A stretch of DNA of 64,000 nucleotides from a virus (Duplodnaviria > Caudoviricetes): IMG/VR virus record IMGVR_UViG_3300017700_000409, positions 9,240 through 73,239 of that record. One strand, 5' to 3'. The translations under genes and the position numbers were made by a program. Positions within the stretch are counted from its first letter, which is position 1; every line of letters begins with the position of its first letter. The notes under the pieces are model-generated. The model was not told the origin of the DNA. It ran no database searches and saw only the letters and a list, made by a program, of their open reading frames with translations. Shown one piece after another: positions 37,502 to 48,493 of this stretch.

Positions 37502-37541
37502 GAAAAGCGAAACGCCCCCGGGGAGATAACCCCGGAGGCGC
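37502..37541 (-). terminator. Intrinsic terminator-like hairpin
   Basis: GCGCCTCCGGGG/CCCCGGGGGCGT stem followed by U-rich tail on minus strand. Confidence 0.6.
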
Positions 37542-37567
37542 TTTCTTAGTCGATTGTAGCAGGCAGA

Positions 37568-38359
37568 TTACTTGCTGACGCGGACGTACTTTTTGCGGAC
37601 AGCGAGGCCTTGAAGGTCGTTGAGCGTTCCGCCCTTCTTCAAGAAGTCCTCATAAGTGATGCCGGGCTTGTCGAGGACGATCTGCATGCACTTGTGGCGC
37701 TGCCCCGGCTTGCCGGCGAACATCGGGTTGCAGGGGTTCTCCTTCTCGATGGGGTAGAGCTTTGCGGTGGGCTCGTAGGGCGACTTGCGGCCCGCGCCAC
37801 TCGGAGCGGCCTTCTTCGCGGCTCCCTTCTTGGCCGGGGCCTTCTTCGCGGACTTCTTGGAAGCAGTCTTTTTGGTAGCAGCCATTTCAGTATCCTCTTC
37901 TTCGCTTTTGGTTTCCGTCTCCTCCGGATTGGTGGAGCGGTCTCTGTCTGTAGCGGGGTTGTAAGGCTCGGGCCCGGTATTTTTCAACTCGGGGTAATCG
38001 GCCTCACGCACCTTCGATTTAGCAACACTGACTTCAAGCGGCTCTTCATCGTCCTTGAACTTCGGGATTTTGAAACCAGCCGCCTTCTCAAACATTTCTT
38101 CATCGAATGCTTTTTTCACCTTCGGGTACACATCCATCAGGTAGCGAGGGAACGGCTTGAGTTCCTTCCCGGTGAAAAAGGTGTAGAGTGCCTTGAGTTG
38201 GTTTGGAGAGAGTTTCTCAATGGCAGCGTCTTTGTTTTCCAGAACGACAAACATTGTATTGCCTCGACCCTGTTGGGCGCAGGCTTGAACGATTGTCGCG
38301 TTGTTACCCTTGACGGCATAACGAACCTTAAAATTCCAAAACTGGACGCCAAAGATCAT
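37568..38359 (-). CDS. DNA-binding protein with histone-H1-like segment; probable internal start at 37885
   Basis: MAATKKTASKKSAKKAPAKKGAAKK preceded by GAGG SD; C-terminal GITYEDFLKKGG domain. Confidence 0.65.
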   Translation of the reverse strand: MIFGVQFWNFKVRYAVKGNNATIVQACAQQGRGNTMFVVLENKDAAIEKLSPNQLKALYTFFTGKELKPFPRYLMDVYPKVKKAFDEEMFEKAAGFKIPKFKDDEEPLEVSVAKSKVREADYPELKNTGPEPYNPATDRDRSTNPEETETKSEEEDTEMAATKKTASKKSAKKAPAKKGAAKKAAPSGAGRKSPYEPTAKLYPIEKENPCNPMFAGKPGQRHKCMQIVLDKPGITYEDFLKKGGTLNDLQGLAVRKKYVRVSK

Positions 38360-38448
38360 CTAATGCTCCTTTCCTGTGGCCGAGGGGTTCCCCTCAGCGG
38401 CTGTGATTATAATTGAATTGGTTAGGGCCTCATAGCGCGTTTAAACGA

Positions 38449-39930
38449 CTAAATGCGGAAAGCCCTTTCTGTCTTCGGTTGTATCAAATAAAGGTTTTCT
38501 TTGGTCCTTGTTATGCCCACGAAGAAAACCCGCGTTTCATCGTCCTCCCCTCTTCTCATCATTCTCTCCACTCGCTTTGAAACATCCAAACACAATACCA
38601 CGTTATCTTCTTCCCATCCTTTAGCCCCGTGAATTGTGCTCAATCTGATATCTCCCTCTTCCTTCAAGCTCTGCCCATTGCGGCGAAGCGAGCGGATATA
38701 TTCGCGCATGGTAGGTGAGAGACGCGTCAGCCCTTCAATCCAACTCGGCAAGTCCTCTGCGGGCGCTAGCCCCATCTCTTCGCTTCCATATCTCTCTAGC
38801 CCCGGGATACGTGCGGGCGTCTTCGCGTCTGTTATCCAGCTACATATCAACCGGGCTTCCGAGTAAGGCACCCGGTTGCCCCGCCGCAAGCTCTCGTAAG
38901 CTATGACCGCCTTTATCTCTTCTGCTGTATTGGACCACTTCCCTTTGTGGAAGTAAACCAGCCCGAGGTTCATACAAGCATTCGCCGCATCCGTTAGCTG
39001 CCAGTGGTGCCGGGCCAGCAGTAGCCATTTTCCAACACTGATTGGAGCTTCTCCGAAGTCTTTGACCCACTGTACTGTTCCCGGAACGCCTCTTGAGGCG
39101 AAATGTTTTGGAATACGATTACTGATCCGTTCGACAACTTCCATAGCGAGGTTTTTGACGGTGTCAGGGAGGCGAAAGCTTTTTGGGAGAATGATCCGAT
39201 CTCCTCTAAAGCTAAGCATCGCGGTGGCGTCTGCACCAGCCCAGGTATAAATAGATTGGTCATCATCTCCGGCGATAATAATTGATTTTGCGGCAGCACC
39301 AATAAACCGTACAAACCCCCACTGCTGAAGTGTGAGGTCTTGCCCCTCATCGACAATAAGGGCATCAACGTCCAATATCTGCTTAGGTAGTTCCAGCATG
39401 TCAGTGAAGTCGAGGAGATGGCGAGTTGTCTTATATTCATATAACTCCTTCCGGAAATTCTCGACCGTAACAAAAGCGAGTTGTTCTTCATCAGCAAAGC
39501 GCCAAGCTTCATCTAACGTTATCCCTTTGGCAAGAGATAATGCATGTATCTTCAAACAACGATCCCCGAGCGAGCCGCCTTCAAACGTTGTCCATACAGT
39601 ATTGTCCGCCCGGATGTTAAAAGTTGTTCCGAGAATTTCCCCTAGCTCTTCCCAATGCTTCTTATTCATCACCTCATCGCGGCTAAGGCCGTGAAGCCTA
39701 AAGGCCGCAGAATGAATTGTACGAAACCAGATGAAGTCCGCCTCGGTGAAGTGTGGGAACAGTTCCAAAACGCGGCGCTTCGCTTCCTCGGCAGCGGCCC
39801 GGGTGAAAGCGAGATAGGCGATGCGCTTGGGGTGTATTCCCGCCTCGACAAGCCGCAGGACTTCATCTAGCAGGGTCTTAGTCTTCCCAGTCCCGGGAGG
39901 ACCTAGATATATTTTTACCTTGCGCTTCAA
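38449..39930 (-). CDS. UvrD/Rep-like SF1 helicase
   Basis: GPPGTGKT, AFTRAAAEE, IVDEGQD, GDDDQSIY, STIHGAKG motifs. Confidence 0.9.
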   Translation of the reverse strand: MKRKVKIYLGPPGTGKTKTLLDEVLRLVEAGIHPKRIAYLAFTRAAAEEAKRRVLELFPHFTEADFIWFRTIHSAAFRLHGLSRDEVMNKKHWEELGEILGTTFNIRADNTVWTTFEGGSLGDRCLKIHALSLAKGITLDEAWRFADEEQLAFVTVENFRKELYEYKTTRHLLDFTDMLELPKQILDVDALIVDEGQDLTLQQWGFVRFIGAAAKSIIIAGDDDQSIYTWAGADATAMLSFRGDRIILPKSFRLPDTVKNLAMEVVERISNRIPKHFASRGVPGTVQWVKDFGEAPISVGKWLLLARHHWQLTDAANACMNLGLVYFHKGKWSNTAEEIKAVIAYESLRRGNRVPYSEARLICSWITDAKTPARIPGLERYGSEEMGLAPAEDLPSWIEGLTRLSPTMREYIRSLRRNGQSLKEEGDIRLSTIHGAKGWEEDNVVLCLDVSKRVERMMRRGEDDETRVFFVGITRTKENLYLIQPKTERAFRI

Positions 39931-40430
39931 TTGCTTCTCGATTTTCTTACGGTGTCGGCACTGTTGTTAATGTAGCTACGCGCAATTGCGTCCGCTGCTT
40001 TCTTGTGTCCCGCATCGGAAAGCTGAATGAAGATTTCCTGTATGGTGTAGTTGTCCATAACCCCGGCCCGGTGAGGGAGGCAGATGGGATGATCCGCCTG
40101 ACCTTTCGTGTAAAGCTCTTTGACGCCCACTGTCGGAACGTCTGAAGGACGCCAGATATATCCGCAGTCATGGCAAAGGTGCGAGCGGTGTGGCGGATTG
40201 GTCCAAGTACCTTGAGGTTCATCGACGTGCTGCGCCCCACAAGACGGGCAATACAAAACCATTCTCACCGGCCCGTTATAGTCCGTCTTCTTTGCGATGT
40301 AGTTGTGTAGGTTCTTGGCTATGCCTAGCAACTCGCGGTTCAATTTAGAAGGAGCCCCGCCCACAGCATCAAAACCACCCTCGATAAAATCGAGCCGGTC
40401 ACGTACCGCGTCCATTTCACTCTTCGCCAT
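39927..40430 (-). CDS. Hypothetical zinc-ribbon protein
   Basis: CPSC...HRSHLCHDC motif. Confidence 0.6.
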   Translation of the reverse strand: MAKSEMDAVRDRLDFIEGGFDAVGGAPSKLNRELLGIAKNLHNYIAKKTDYNGPVRMVLYCPSCGAQHVDEPQGTWTNPPHRSHLCHDCGYIWRPSDVPTVGVKELYTKGQADHPICLPHRAGVMDNYTIQEIFIQLSDAGHKKAADAIARSYINNSADTVRKSRSN

Positions 40431-40537
40431 CTCTCTTCTCCTCGATCAAAAAACCACCCCTAAGACCCGTTTCCGGGGCCCCTCAGGCCTTAAAATCCGG
40501 TCCTGCAGTGTCGGTTCCCTTAAAACGGGCTACCTCG

Positions 40538-40587
40538 GGACGCCCCGGAGCCCGAAACCCACCCTCAGGCCTTATTCCGGGGCGTCC
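40538..40587. repeat. Perfect 12-bp inverted repeat
   Basis: GGACGCCCCGGA (40538-40549) / TCCGGGGCGTCC (40576-40587). Confidence 0.8.
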
Positions 40588-40606
40588 TAAACGCCCTCCC
40601 GGGCCC

Positions 40607-41812
40607 CTAATCGCCCCTCAAGATTTTACCTAGTTCAGACTCAGGGCTAACAATCTTCTTCATATCGTCAATAATTCTTTGATTTCGCACTGCTCTGTCT
40701 CTCCACTCTTTTAAATCAAAAACTAAAATTTCAAGCTCGTCAGCAGAGAGCCTTAAGTCATTAGCAATTTTACTCGCAACATCAGAATTCCATTTAGGGT
40801 CGCTTACCATCTCAAGGCCCTCTGTCGTCCGTTTCTAAAATATGAATTCGTTCGTGCATCCAACTTTGAACATTCGGGTTCGCTTCCAGGTTTTGAATAT
40901 CCAAGGCCGTAAGTTCCCGGACAACTTGCCCTGAAGGTTGAACAATAAAGCCGCGAAGGTTCTTCACCTCAGGGTCTTCATCTTTATAAGCAATTTCATA
41001 ATCAAAAGTCAGATTTACATACTGCCCGCGCGACAAACTGATCCCCGTCGGCAACGGGGAGTTGTCTATTTTGATTGTTGTAGTCGGCATCTCAGTTCCC
41101 CTTCTCTAACAAAACTTCACGGTCATTGTCGAAGAGGCGAAGCCCCGAGAGCTTGCCCCAGTATTGTGATCCGTCAAACCACACTCTCTTTTTGTCCGGG
41201 TTCTTGATCTTCGATAGTAGCTTCATTAGTTCTAGCACTGTGAGATGCTTCTTGTTCTGGTCGAATACCGCCTGCCCATAGTCCTCTTCGCCTTTCGCTA
41301 GAGGCTTAGGGGATGTTGCCGGCATATCCGAACGCCCGTGGAGCTTGGTGAGTTGATCTTTACTTAATTTGTTGTCGCGCTTCGATGCGAAGAACTCTAG
41401 GGGCTTTAATTGCTTCTTCCCTATCTTCGACACCTTTGCCTTAAGTTGCTTCGACATCGCTATCTGTTTCATCGTTTTCGCTTCCGATAGCTTTTGCTTC
41501 ACTTTGGATTTTGTCGAGTTCTTCATATTCGTCTTCTTCGACATTTGGAAATTCCTTTGCCTCTTTCTCGATTGCTTCGGCGCAGGAGAAACACATCATA
41601 GGCAAATCGTCCTCGACATGTACCCCGCGCAAATGGTTACCGCAAAAATATCCTTCGCAAGCGCCATCAGGCCCGACCCCGTGCATCCCGCCGCAAGCGT
41701 AGGATAAGCCCCGGTCAATAGTCTCGGTACAACCTGGGTGGTCGCAGAAGGCCTCGATGGCGTAACCAATCTTGCGGCCCTTGCTGTCCTCTCCGCAGTT
41801 AGCCCAGCCCAT
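40607..41812 (-). other. Four small hypothetical ORFs (40607-40810, 40812-41090, 41092-41457, 41441-41812)
   Basis: Tandem ORFs; last is Cys/His-rich (CDHPGC, CxxxH, CFSC). Confidence 0.55.
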
Positions 41813-42479
41813 TGATCTTCTCCTTCTTCACCTTCCAGTTTGGGTGGCTATTTGCACCTAGAAACTTTAAGGCGCTTTCTTCATCTGGAAAACTTTTTGC
41901 CTTGTGCTGGTGTGCTGTAGGTGTATCGTTGCCGCAGCTATCTAATCCCTGCCTTATATACACTCCGGTTATTTCGTTTCTGATATAATATCTTTCTTCC
42001 TCTCTCGCCATATCAATCCCAATCCAGTGAACGGCGATTATGGGCTGTATCTCCCATTCACGCCCCATAGCTTTCCACCTCTCCTCAGAGTCAGAGTGGT
42101 TCGGGTAGGGTGCCGCAGCAACGATGCGCTTAGCGTTAGGAAGAGCAATCAACATATCCACGCAGAATTTGCAGGGCGACACCGTCACATAGATCGTGTG
42201 TACCCGGCTCGGGTCCGTACAATGCGCTAAGGCATTTACCTCGGCATGAATAGCCTTACATTCCGTCAACGCAGTCCCGCTCGGGGCGTCCGCTCCCTTA
42301 CAAGGGAACCCTTCGTTACAGTGAGGCTGGCCCTTAGGCACGCCATTGCGGCCGGTCGAGAGGATGTGCCCGTTCTCATCTACGAGAACGCACCCGACCG
42401 AACGGCGGATACAAGTAGAGCGTTTCGAGGCTACAGCAGCGTGCTCTAGGTTCGTTTGGTCTTCTGTAGGGCGGTTCAT
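41799..42479 (-). CDS. dCMP deaminase family protein with C-terminal extension
   Basis: STCIRRSVGC, HAEVNAL and SPCKFC zinc motifs. Confidence 0.85.
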   Translation of the reverse strand: MNRPTEDQTNLEHAAVASKRSTCIRRSVGCVLVDENGHILSTGRNGVPKGQPHCNEGFPCKGADAPSGTALTECKAIHAEVNALAHCTDPSRVHTIYVTVSPCKFCVDMLIALPNAKRIVAAAPYPNHSDSEERWKAMGREWEIQPIIAVHWIGIDMAREEERYYIRNEITGVYIRQGLDSCGNDTPTAHQHKAKSFPDEESALKFLGANSHPNWKVKKEKINGLG

Positions 42480-42667
42480 CTCACAATCCTTTTTGATCCT
42501 GATTCCCATTGCTTCTCTAACTCTTTCATAAAGGCATATGGTGGGCTTTGTACTCCTGTTATGTATTGTCTAAGCAAATCATCGGAGCAATTAAGGACAT
42601 CCATAACCTTTGCGAATTTATCCGGATCAGCAACAAGCTTGAGAAGTTGGTTCTGGTGAACGCTCAT
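42476..42667 (-). CDS. Small HTH protein
   Basis: LNCSDDLLRQYITGVQSPP XRE-like helix pattern. Confidence 0.5.
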   Translation of the reverse strand: MSVHQNQLLKLVADPDKFAKVMDVLNCSDDLLRQYITGVQSPPYAFMKELEKQWESGSKRIVR

Positions 42668-43200
42668 ACCTTCGCAACCTTCCCAGCTAAATTTGACTCT
42701 TGAACCACGTCTGCGGCCTTCACTTCCTTGATGCTACTATTCTCGACTGTGACTGAACCATTAGGCCAGATGATCTTTAAGGGAACCTTCGCGGCTCTCG
42801 TGTAGCGTATCGTGGCCCAGGTCCCGCTTTTTAACTCCTCCTCGAAACCTGCAGGCGTAGCAATCATCCCATTAGCCTTCGCAACAATGACGCGGTTGCG
42901 GTCGAGAGGTGGAGCGGGCCGGTGAAGGACAATCTTCGCCATAAAATCTTCAAGAGGATTATTCCAAACTGAATTAAAATTCCTTAGCTCACGGCAAGGA
43001 TAAATATTGATCGTCTCAAAGTAGCGGACCTTAGCAATACAATGCGCTTCGTAGTCCGCACCCTCGGCGCCACCATGGTCGAAGTTCAATTTTATTCCTA
43101 CTTGGTTACAAGCAGAATAAACCTCTCCAAAGATACAGCGAAGCATCGCTTGCTGCTCGGGTGTCATTCCTTTGCGTGTACCTGTGAATCCAATGTTCAT
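42664..43200 (-). CDS. SLOG-superfamily (YspA/DprA-like) nucleotide-binding protein
   Basis: IGFTGTR, HGGAEGAD, RNRVIV and SGTWATIRY motifs. Confidence 0.7.
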   Translation of the reverse strand: MNIGFTGTRKGMTPEQQAMLRCIFGEVYSACNQVGIKLNFDHGGAEGADYEAHCIAKVRYFETINIYPCRELRNFNSVWNNPLEDFMAKIVLHRPAPPLDRNRVIVAKANGMIATPAGFEEELKSGTWATIRYTRAAKVPLKIIWPNGSVTVENSSIKEVKAADVVQESNLAGKVAKV

Positions 43201-43341
43201 CTCACTCTTCCTTCTTCGGAATAACAGTCCAGCGAGCTTGCCCTGTGTATTGATTTACATATAACTGTTCTAAAATATTCTCATTCCACCGCAATCGAGG
43301 TGTGGGATAAAAACCTCTTTCTTCTAGCTCTTTAGCTTCCA

Positions 43342-44472
43342 TCACTTATTTCTCCCCTTCGGGGCCTTACGTCCCGAGGTAACATGTACAATCTTCCCAC
43401 CGCCAATTTGATCTTCAGGTCCTAATACAACTTCACCTTGAGCCGGTTCTAGTTTCGACATCGCCTCTTCAAAATTAAATCCGCTCGTCTCCCAAGGTTT
43501 CATCCAAGGTGCAATAGCGCGCATAATCTGCTTCGCCTTATCCCGGGAGTTACCGCGCAAAATCTTTAAGGCCGCAGGCGAATACTCCTTCATGGCCTTC
43601 TCTTCCCAAAGCCACGGGGTCAAGACCTTCGCAACCTCGGTTACAATATGACCCTTATAAACAATCTCCCGTTCACGGTCAGTCATCGAAAATACAGTTT
43701 CATCATGACTGGTCTTAGGCATCACACCTTCTCCCAAACATACACCTTTTGAACTTCATAAAGGCGCGCATCCCGGGGACGGGAGATTATTTTGTAAGGT
43801 TCTTCTTGCTCTTTGTATTGATCCTCAATCCCGAGATACTGCCCAATCCAATTTAGGTTGCTGTGCTCTTCATCGGCTTTCATCAAATAGTATCTGCCCC
43901 ACTCTGGGTCGTGCCTCGGGTTGGGTTCTTTAGCCACAGGCTTCTCCTCTTCCTTTTTAGGCAATAACGTCTCGGCCATATCCATCGCATGGGCGAAGCT
44001 CTCGGCTTCGATCATCTGCCCTTCCTTCTTACTCCGGGCATTGACGCGGATTTTGCGAAGGTACATAGCCCCATCGTCAACTGAGATGAAGCCTGCTTTG
44101 CTTCTTGAGATAAAGAACTGCATATCACTCTCCCTTGCGAGCCGCTCTAATTTCTTTGGCCTGTCTGCATCTCTCATTACACCATTCTACTAAAGCCCCA
44201 CCAACAATCGGGCCTCGGGAAGTTGCGAGTGCGTCAACACACAAAGAGGCGTGAAGTCCAATTGCCGTAAAATGAATCCAGGTTCCGTCTCGGCCTACGT
44301 TGACCCTAAGGCCTGCTTTATCAATCGGGATATCAACCGCTAACTCAGGGGCAACAGGCCCGCTCTGAGTTGTAAGTTCAAAAATCCTACTGAGGCTTTC
44401 TTTTGCCAACTCAATTTTCGGCATGGAAAGAAGTATCGAAGCAATCTCTTTCAGTCTTTCTTCAGCGTTCAT
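43342..44472 (-). other. Three hypothetical ORFs (43342-43722, 43722-44177, 44125-44472)
   Basis: Tandem overlapping ORFs. Confidence 0.5.
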
Positions 44473-44750
44473 CTTAGTTTCCTTTCTTGGGTTCCTAGCA
44501 TTAACTTTGCGACTTCTAGCCGTTGTTCGTGACTATTTATTGCGTGTAGTACGGTCTTGGGATCGTGCGTCCATCCGATTGCCTTAGCTATGAGGCGATA
44601 GGTCAACTGTGTTTCTCTCCGGAGACGGAAGCAGGCTTCATGGCGCGCGGCAATTGGTATCGGCTCCCTTGACTTCCCACGGACGGCCCGGACTGTAATC
44701 CCATATTTGGCTGCGGTTTCTTGTATGATATCGTTAGATGTCTTTACCAT
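44469..44750 (-). CDS. DnaA C-terminal (domain IV) DNA-binding-like protein
   Basis: YGITVRAVRGKSR...ARHEACF.LR...LTYRLIAKAIG..HDPKTVLHA resembles DnaA domain IV (R..ARQ.AMYL....S...IG..F..DHTTV.HA). Confidence 0.75.
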   Translation of the reverse strand: MVKTSNDIIQETAAKYGITVRAVRGKSREPIPIAARHEACFRLRRETQLTYRLIAKAIGWTHDPKTVLHAINSHEQRLEVAKLMLGTQERKLR

Positions 44751-45058
44751 CTATCTGCAACCTTCTCTTTCTTTGCTTCTTCCTCCTCAACGTGATCTTG
44801 AAACGCAGCAGAAGCGCCCATCCCGGTGAAATGTCCTAAAGAAGACCACCCGCAAGTGCATCTGGCCGCAATACCACCTGCCTCGACCTTTACGCAGCCG
44901 TCCACCAACTTATGCTTTGTCATCTTCCTTCTCCACCTTTACAGTCATCTTCCCGCGTGCGGCCGCAATAGCCCCGACTATTATTGATCCAACAGTTCCG
45001 AGAAGCACCAGGCAACCGATAAAGCGCCAGAACCCCGCGAATATGAATTCAAGGTAAA

Positions 45059-47193
45059 TCACATATCACCAAGCCTCTCACGCGCATTCCAGATAAGTTC
45101 ACGAAGCTCATTCATTTTAGGATCAGAAAATTTGCCGTTGTGACGGGCTTCTGTGAATGCTTTAAGCATAACACGAGTTACACCTTCAGCGCCATTCACG
45201 TGTCCTCGCCACCAAGCCGGATGCGCTCCATCTGTTGAATCAAGCTCCGGGTTATTGGCCTCTAGCAGTTTCTTATTCGAGGCTTGTAACAATTCAATTG
45301 CCTTCTTCTCCTTACCCGGGCAAACAATATCGCAATCCAACTGACAAAATATATCATTCTCTTCATGTATCTCGCAAACCTCAGGAGAGACGCGAGATAA
45401 AAGCGCGCGGGTTATCTTCTCGAAATAAGGGTCAGCGGCTTGTGACGCCTTGCTCAATTTTGCAGCGGCCAAAAATTTGAGGGCGTTGTTACAAAGTTTT
45501 ATGAGTTCTTCATCTGTTGTAGTGGGGCTATTCACTTGTCTGCCCCTTTTCATCTTCCACAGTTCCTATTCCCACATTGGGTTTAACTATCTCCCGCGCG
45601 AAATTCTCGGCAATGTGCTTATCGATATAGACCGGGATTTCACCAAAGGCCGTTTCCTCATCGTCCTTAAACCGGATGGGAACCCGAAGGATCGCATCTA
45701 CAATATTCTCAAACGAACGGGCGGACGGCCAATGATCGATAACAACAGTGAAGCTTCCGTCATCTTCTTTATCAACCTTAAGGATCGGAGCAGTAGTTGT
45801 TCCGATTGCCTCACCGCACTTTGTGTAAAATTGAGCGTTAATTACAGGGAACTTATGCTCAACAAGCAAGTCCGCTTTCTCAAGCCTGTCAATAAGCATT
45901 CCAATCGGAAGCGAGTTGGATAGACCTAGCTCCCGCGCGAATGTAAAGGCAATAGAGCGGGCCGCAGAAATAGCGTTACAATCCTCTGGTGCTTCCTTTC
46001 CTTCTGCCTCCTTCCTCCTCTCAGCTAGCTCCTTGCGCGTCATCGGGCGGGTAGAGCAATTAGCCGAGTGGTGAATGTGGCACCGCCCTAGCTCCGCACA
46101 AACGTGTAAAGGGCAAGGGGGCCTCTTCGCTTTCTTATCAGACATCTTACGCACTCCCTTTCGTTTCCATCAATCCAGCAAGGATTTGAGCATTACCTCG
46201 CTCAACATTTTTCGCCACAACCTCTAAGACTTGAGCAGAGGTGTACTGCCTTTGATCTTGAAGCGCAGTCAACTTTCCCACGACATTCGAGGCTATCGCA
46301 AGAAGCTCTATTGCATTCACTTTGTCCTTGTGCTTATTCATCAAATTCAAAATATCTTGGTAAGCTATCTCATGCTCCGGCTTAGCTAGATAATCGCCCA
46401 TTAGTGTAACCTTGTCCCGAGAGGAACAACTTGCGGATCAAGTTCATTCCACTGATCAATAGGCATCCAGTAAGGCTTTCCAAAGTTCTCCTTCCCGGTG
46501 GCGAAATACTTTATGCAAAGAACACCATCGTGCGGCTCGGCTCCCTGGGGCTCGTAGGGCTGGGGCGGGAGGGCTGTGGCGACAGGAATAGGCGAAGGAG
46601 TAGGGGCGGGAGAAGGCGCATCCTCTATAACATCGATACGCTCCGCCATATCATCTTCTGTCATCCCAAACACCTTCCCATCCGGCATCCGCAAAATATA
46701 TTCCCCGGGCTCAAACAGGTTCGTCTTCAAAGTCTCATTGCCCCTGATCATAAGGCACCAAAGCTCAGTCATCGGAACAGGGAGGATCGCAATAAATCGA
46801 AGGTTCACCCAAGCCGGGGCCGTAGACAGATCAAGCTGCTTCCCCGTCCACTTAAAAATATCAACGGGGAGGGGTTTAAGGCGATAACTCATTTCAGTGT
46901 TCCTATTTGTTTGATGGCTTCTTAGATGTAACAACGTGCTTGGGCGGGTTGGAGGGGATATACACGCCACCTACGCTGCGCTGGTTCGTCCCGGGTATAC
47001 AACCTCTATCATCCCGGTCCACCTTCTCTTTATCAGTGAAGATGGCTTTAGAAAAAGAAACACCCAGAGAAATACCAATCATAATTCCGAGAGCCCAGAA
47101 GATAACAAAGTCATTCTTCCAGATCCCAATGACGATGTACCTATCAACGAAAAAATAAAGCGACAGGATACAGGCGATGATTAAACCGATCAT
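45059..47193 (-). other. Hypothetical ORFs (45059-45553, 45528-46145, 46147-46401, 46401-46892, 46903-47193)
   Basis: Tandem ORFs with SD; last has two TM segments. Confidence 0.55.
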
Positions 47194-47759
47194 TTTGATT
47201 GGCTCCCTTTCAAGTGATCGCGAGTGTAGGGAATAAGCTTAGCGGCCCCTCGGATATACAAGGGGTGCTTGGGTGTGCCGTCTGAGTTGATGGTAAGACA
47301 ATGGGTCCAGGGTTTAGTTTCCCAGACATACTCAAGAACAACCCCATCTTGCGCGAGGAGCTTACCGTCCAAGCCCCACCCGAGGATTATAGCATCAGCC
47401 TTGCGCAAGGTCTTGGCTAGCTGGTCCCAGTACTCGGGGCCGATGATGTCCTTGTCGTAGCGAACAGCCCGCAACTCCTCGCGGGAGGAGGTACGATAGG
47501 CGAAGAGGTTGGCGACAACGAGACGGTTGGAGCCGTTCATCTTCGCGAAGGAAACGCACCGGCGAATAGTCGGGTCATCTTCGGTGGCGTCTGCTGTGCT
47601 CGGATTGAGCATAATAAAGAGGGTTGTCTTGGGTTTTGGCGCGGGGTCCGTCTTACGGATGCGCGGGGGCAGAGCCCACTCACGCGTCAACTCATATCGG
47701 TAATGCTTGCAATTCGATATGATTGCGCTGGTAGCGGTATATAGATTTTGCTTCGTCAT
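47190..47759 (-). CDS. DUF1643 family protein
   Basis: YRYELTR, FIMLNPSTAD..DDPTIRR, NLFAYR, GWG and PKHPLY motifs. Confidence 0.85.
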   Translation of the reverse strand: MTKQNLYTATSAIISNCKHYRYELTREWALPPRIRKTDPAPKPKTTLFIMLNPSTADATEDDPTIRRCVSFAKMNGSNRLVVANLFAYRTSSREELRAVRYDKDIIGPEYWDQLAKTLRKADAIILGWGLDGKLLAQDGVVLEYVWETKPWTHCLTINSDGTPKHPLYIRGAAKLIPYTRDHLKGSQSK

Positions 47760-47958
47760 CTCAGATGATCCTTTCTAGTCGCTTTATTCTAGTCTTCTTG
47801 GTCTGCGTAAATTCTCAATACCTTCGGGCCTGAACAAGTTGGTTCAATCTTCATAGCGCGAATTGAATTTACGCCTTCGCCAGACGCCTCAACTAAAACC
47901 TCGCAATCCAATTCGCTTATGAATACAGCATCAAGGAGCTTCTTCATCTCTCTTACGG

Positions 47959-48493
47959 TCATTTTGTTTCTCCTAATATCCGTTCACGCTCTGCCTTGAG
48001 TTGTTCTGGTGTGAATTCGGGCGTTCCATAATGCTTTCCGGTAAAGTGCCGGTTGTAATAGGCATCATAAAGAGCTTTATGGTCGATGGAGATTTTTGTC
48101 TCCTTCAAAAGCTTACCATGAGCAACCTCTCCACGCGTCCAAACGCTATGATCATCGGACATAGCATAATACCAATCGTGACAAGCGAGAGCCTTATCAA
48201 ATTCTTTTAAGTTCATTCCCTTATCCTTTCTTTATCAAATCAATAACCTGTTGAGCGGTAACAGGTTTGGCTTGATCGTAAGTCTCATAAAAATAATCTC
48301 CAGGCTTTAGCTGATCACGCCAGCCATGAAGACGTAAGATTTGATTTGTAGCCATATCTTTACAGACAAGCTCTCGGCATCCAGAAGGCTCTTGGCGAAT
48401 TACCCGGCAAAATTTGTTCTCGGATGGCACGCCACCAAGATAGGATCGAATGTCAATTTGGAATGGAGCTTTCATGTAATCGTTCCTTATCAA
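47959..48493 (-). other. Two hypothetical ORFs (47959-48216, 48221-48493)
   Basis: HDWYYAMSDD motif in first; AT-rich. Confidence 0.55.

Noticed and set aside
37610-38416. 268-aa ORF on the + strand; similar + strand ORFs across 14-52 kb (e.g. 14872-15522, 22086-22556, 30193-30651)
   Set aside because: Antisense shadows of well-supported - strand genes; no motifs.
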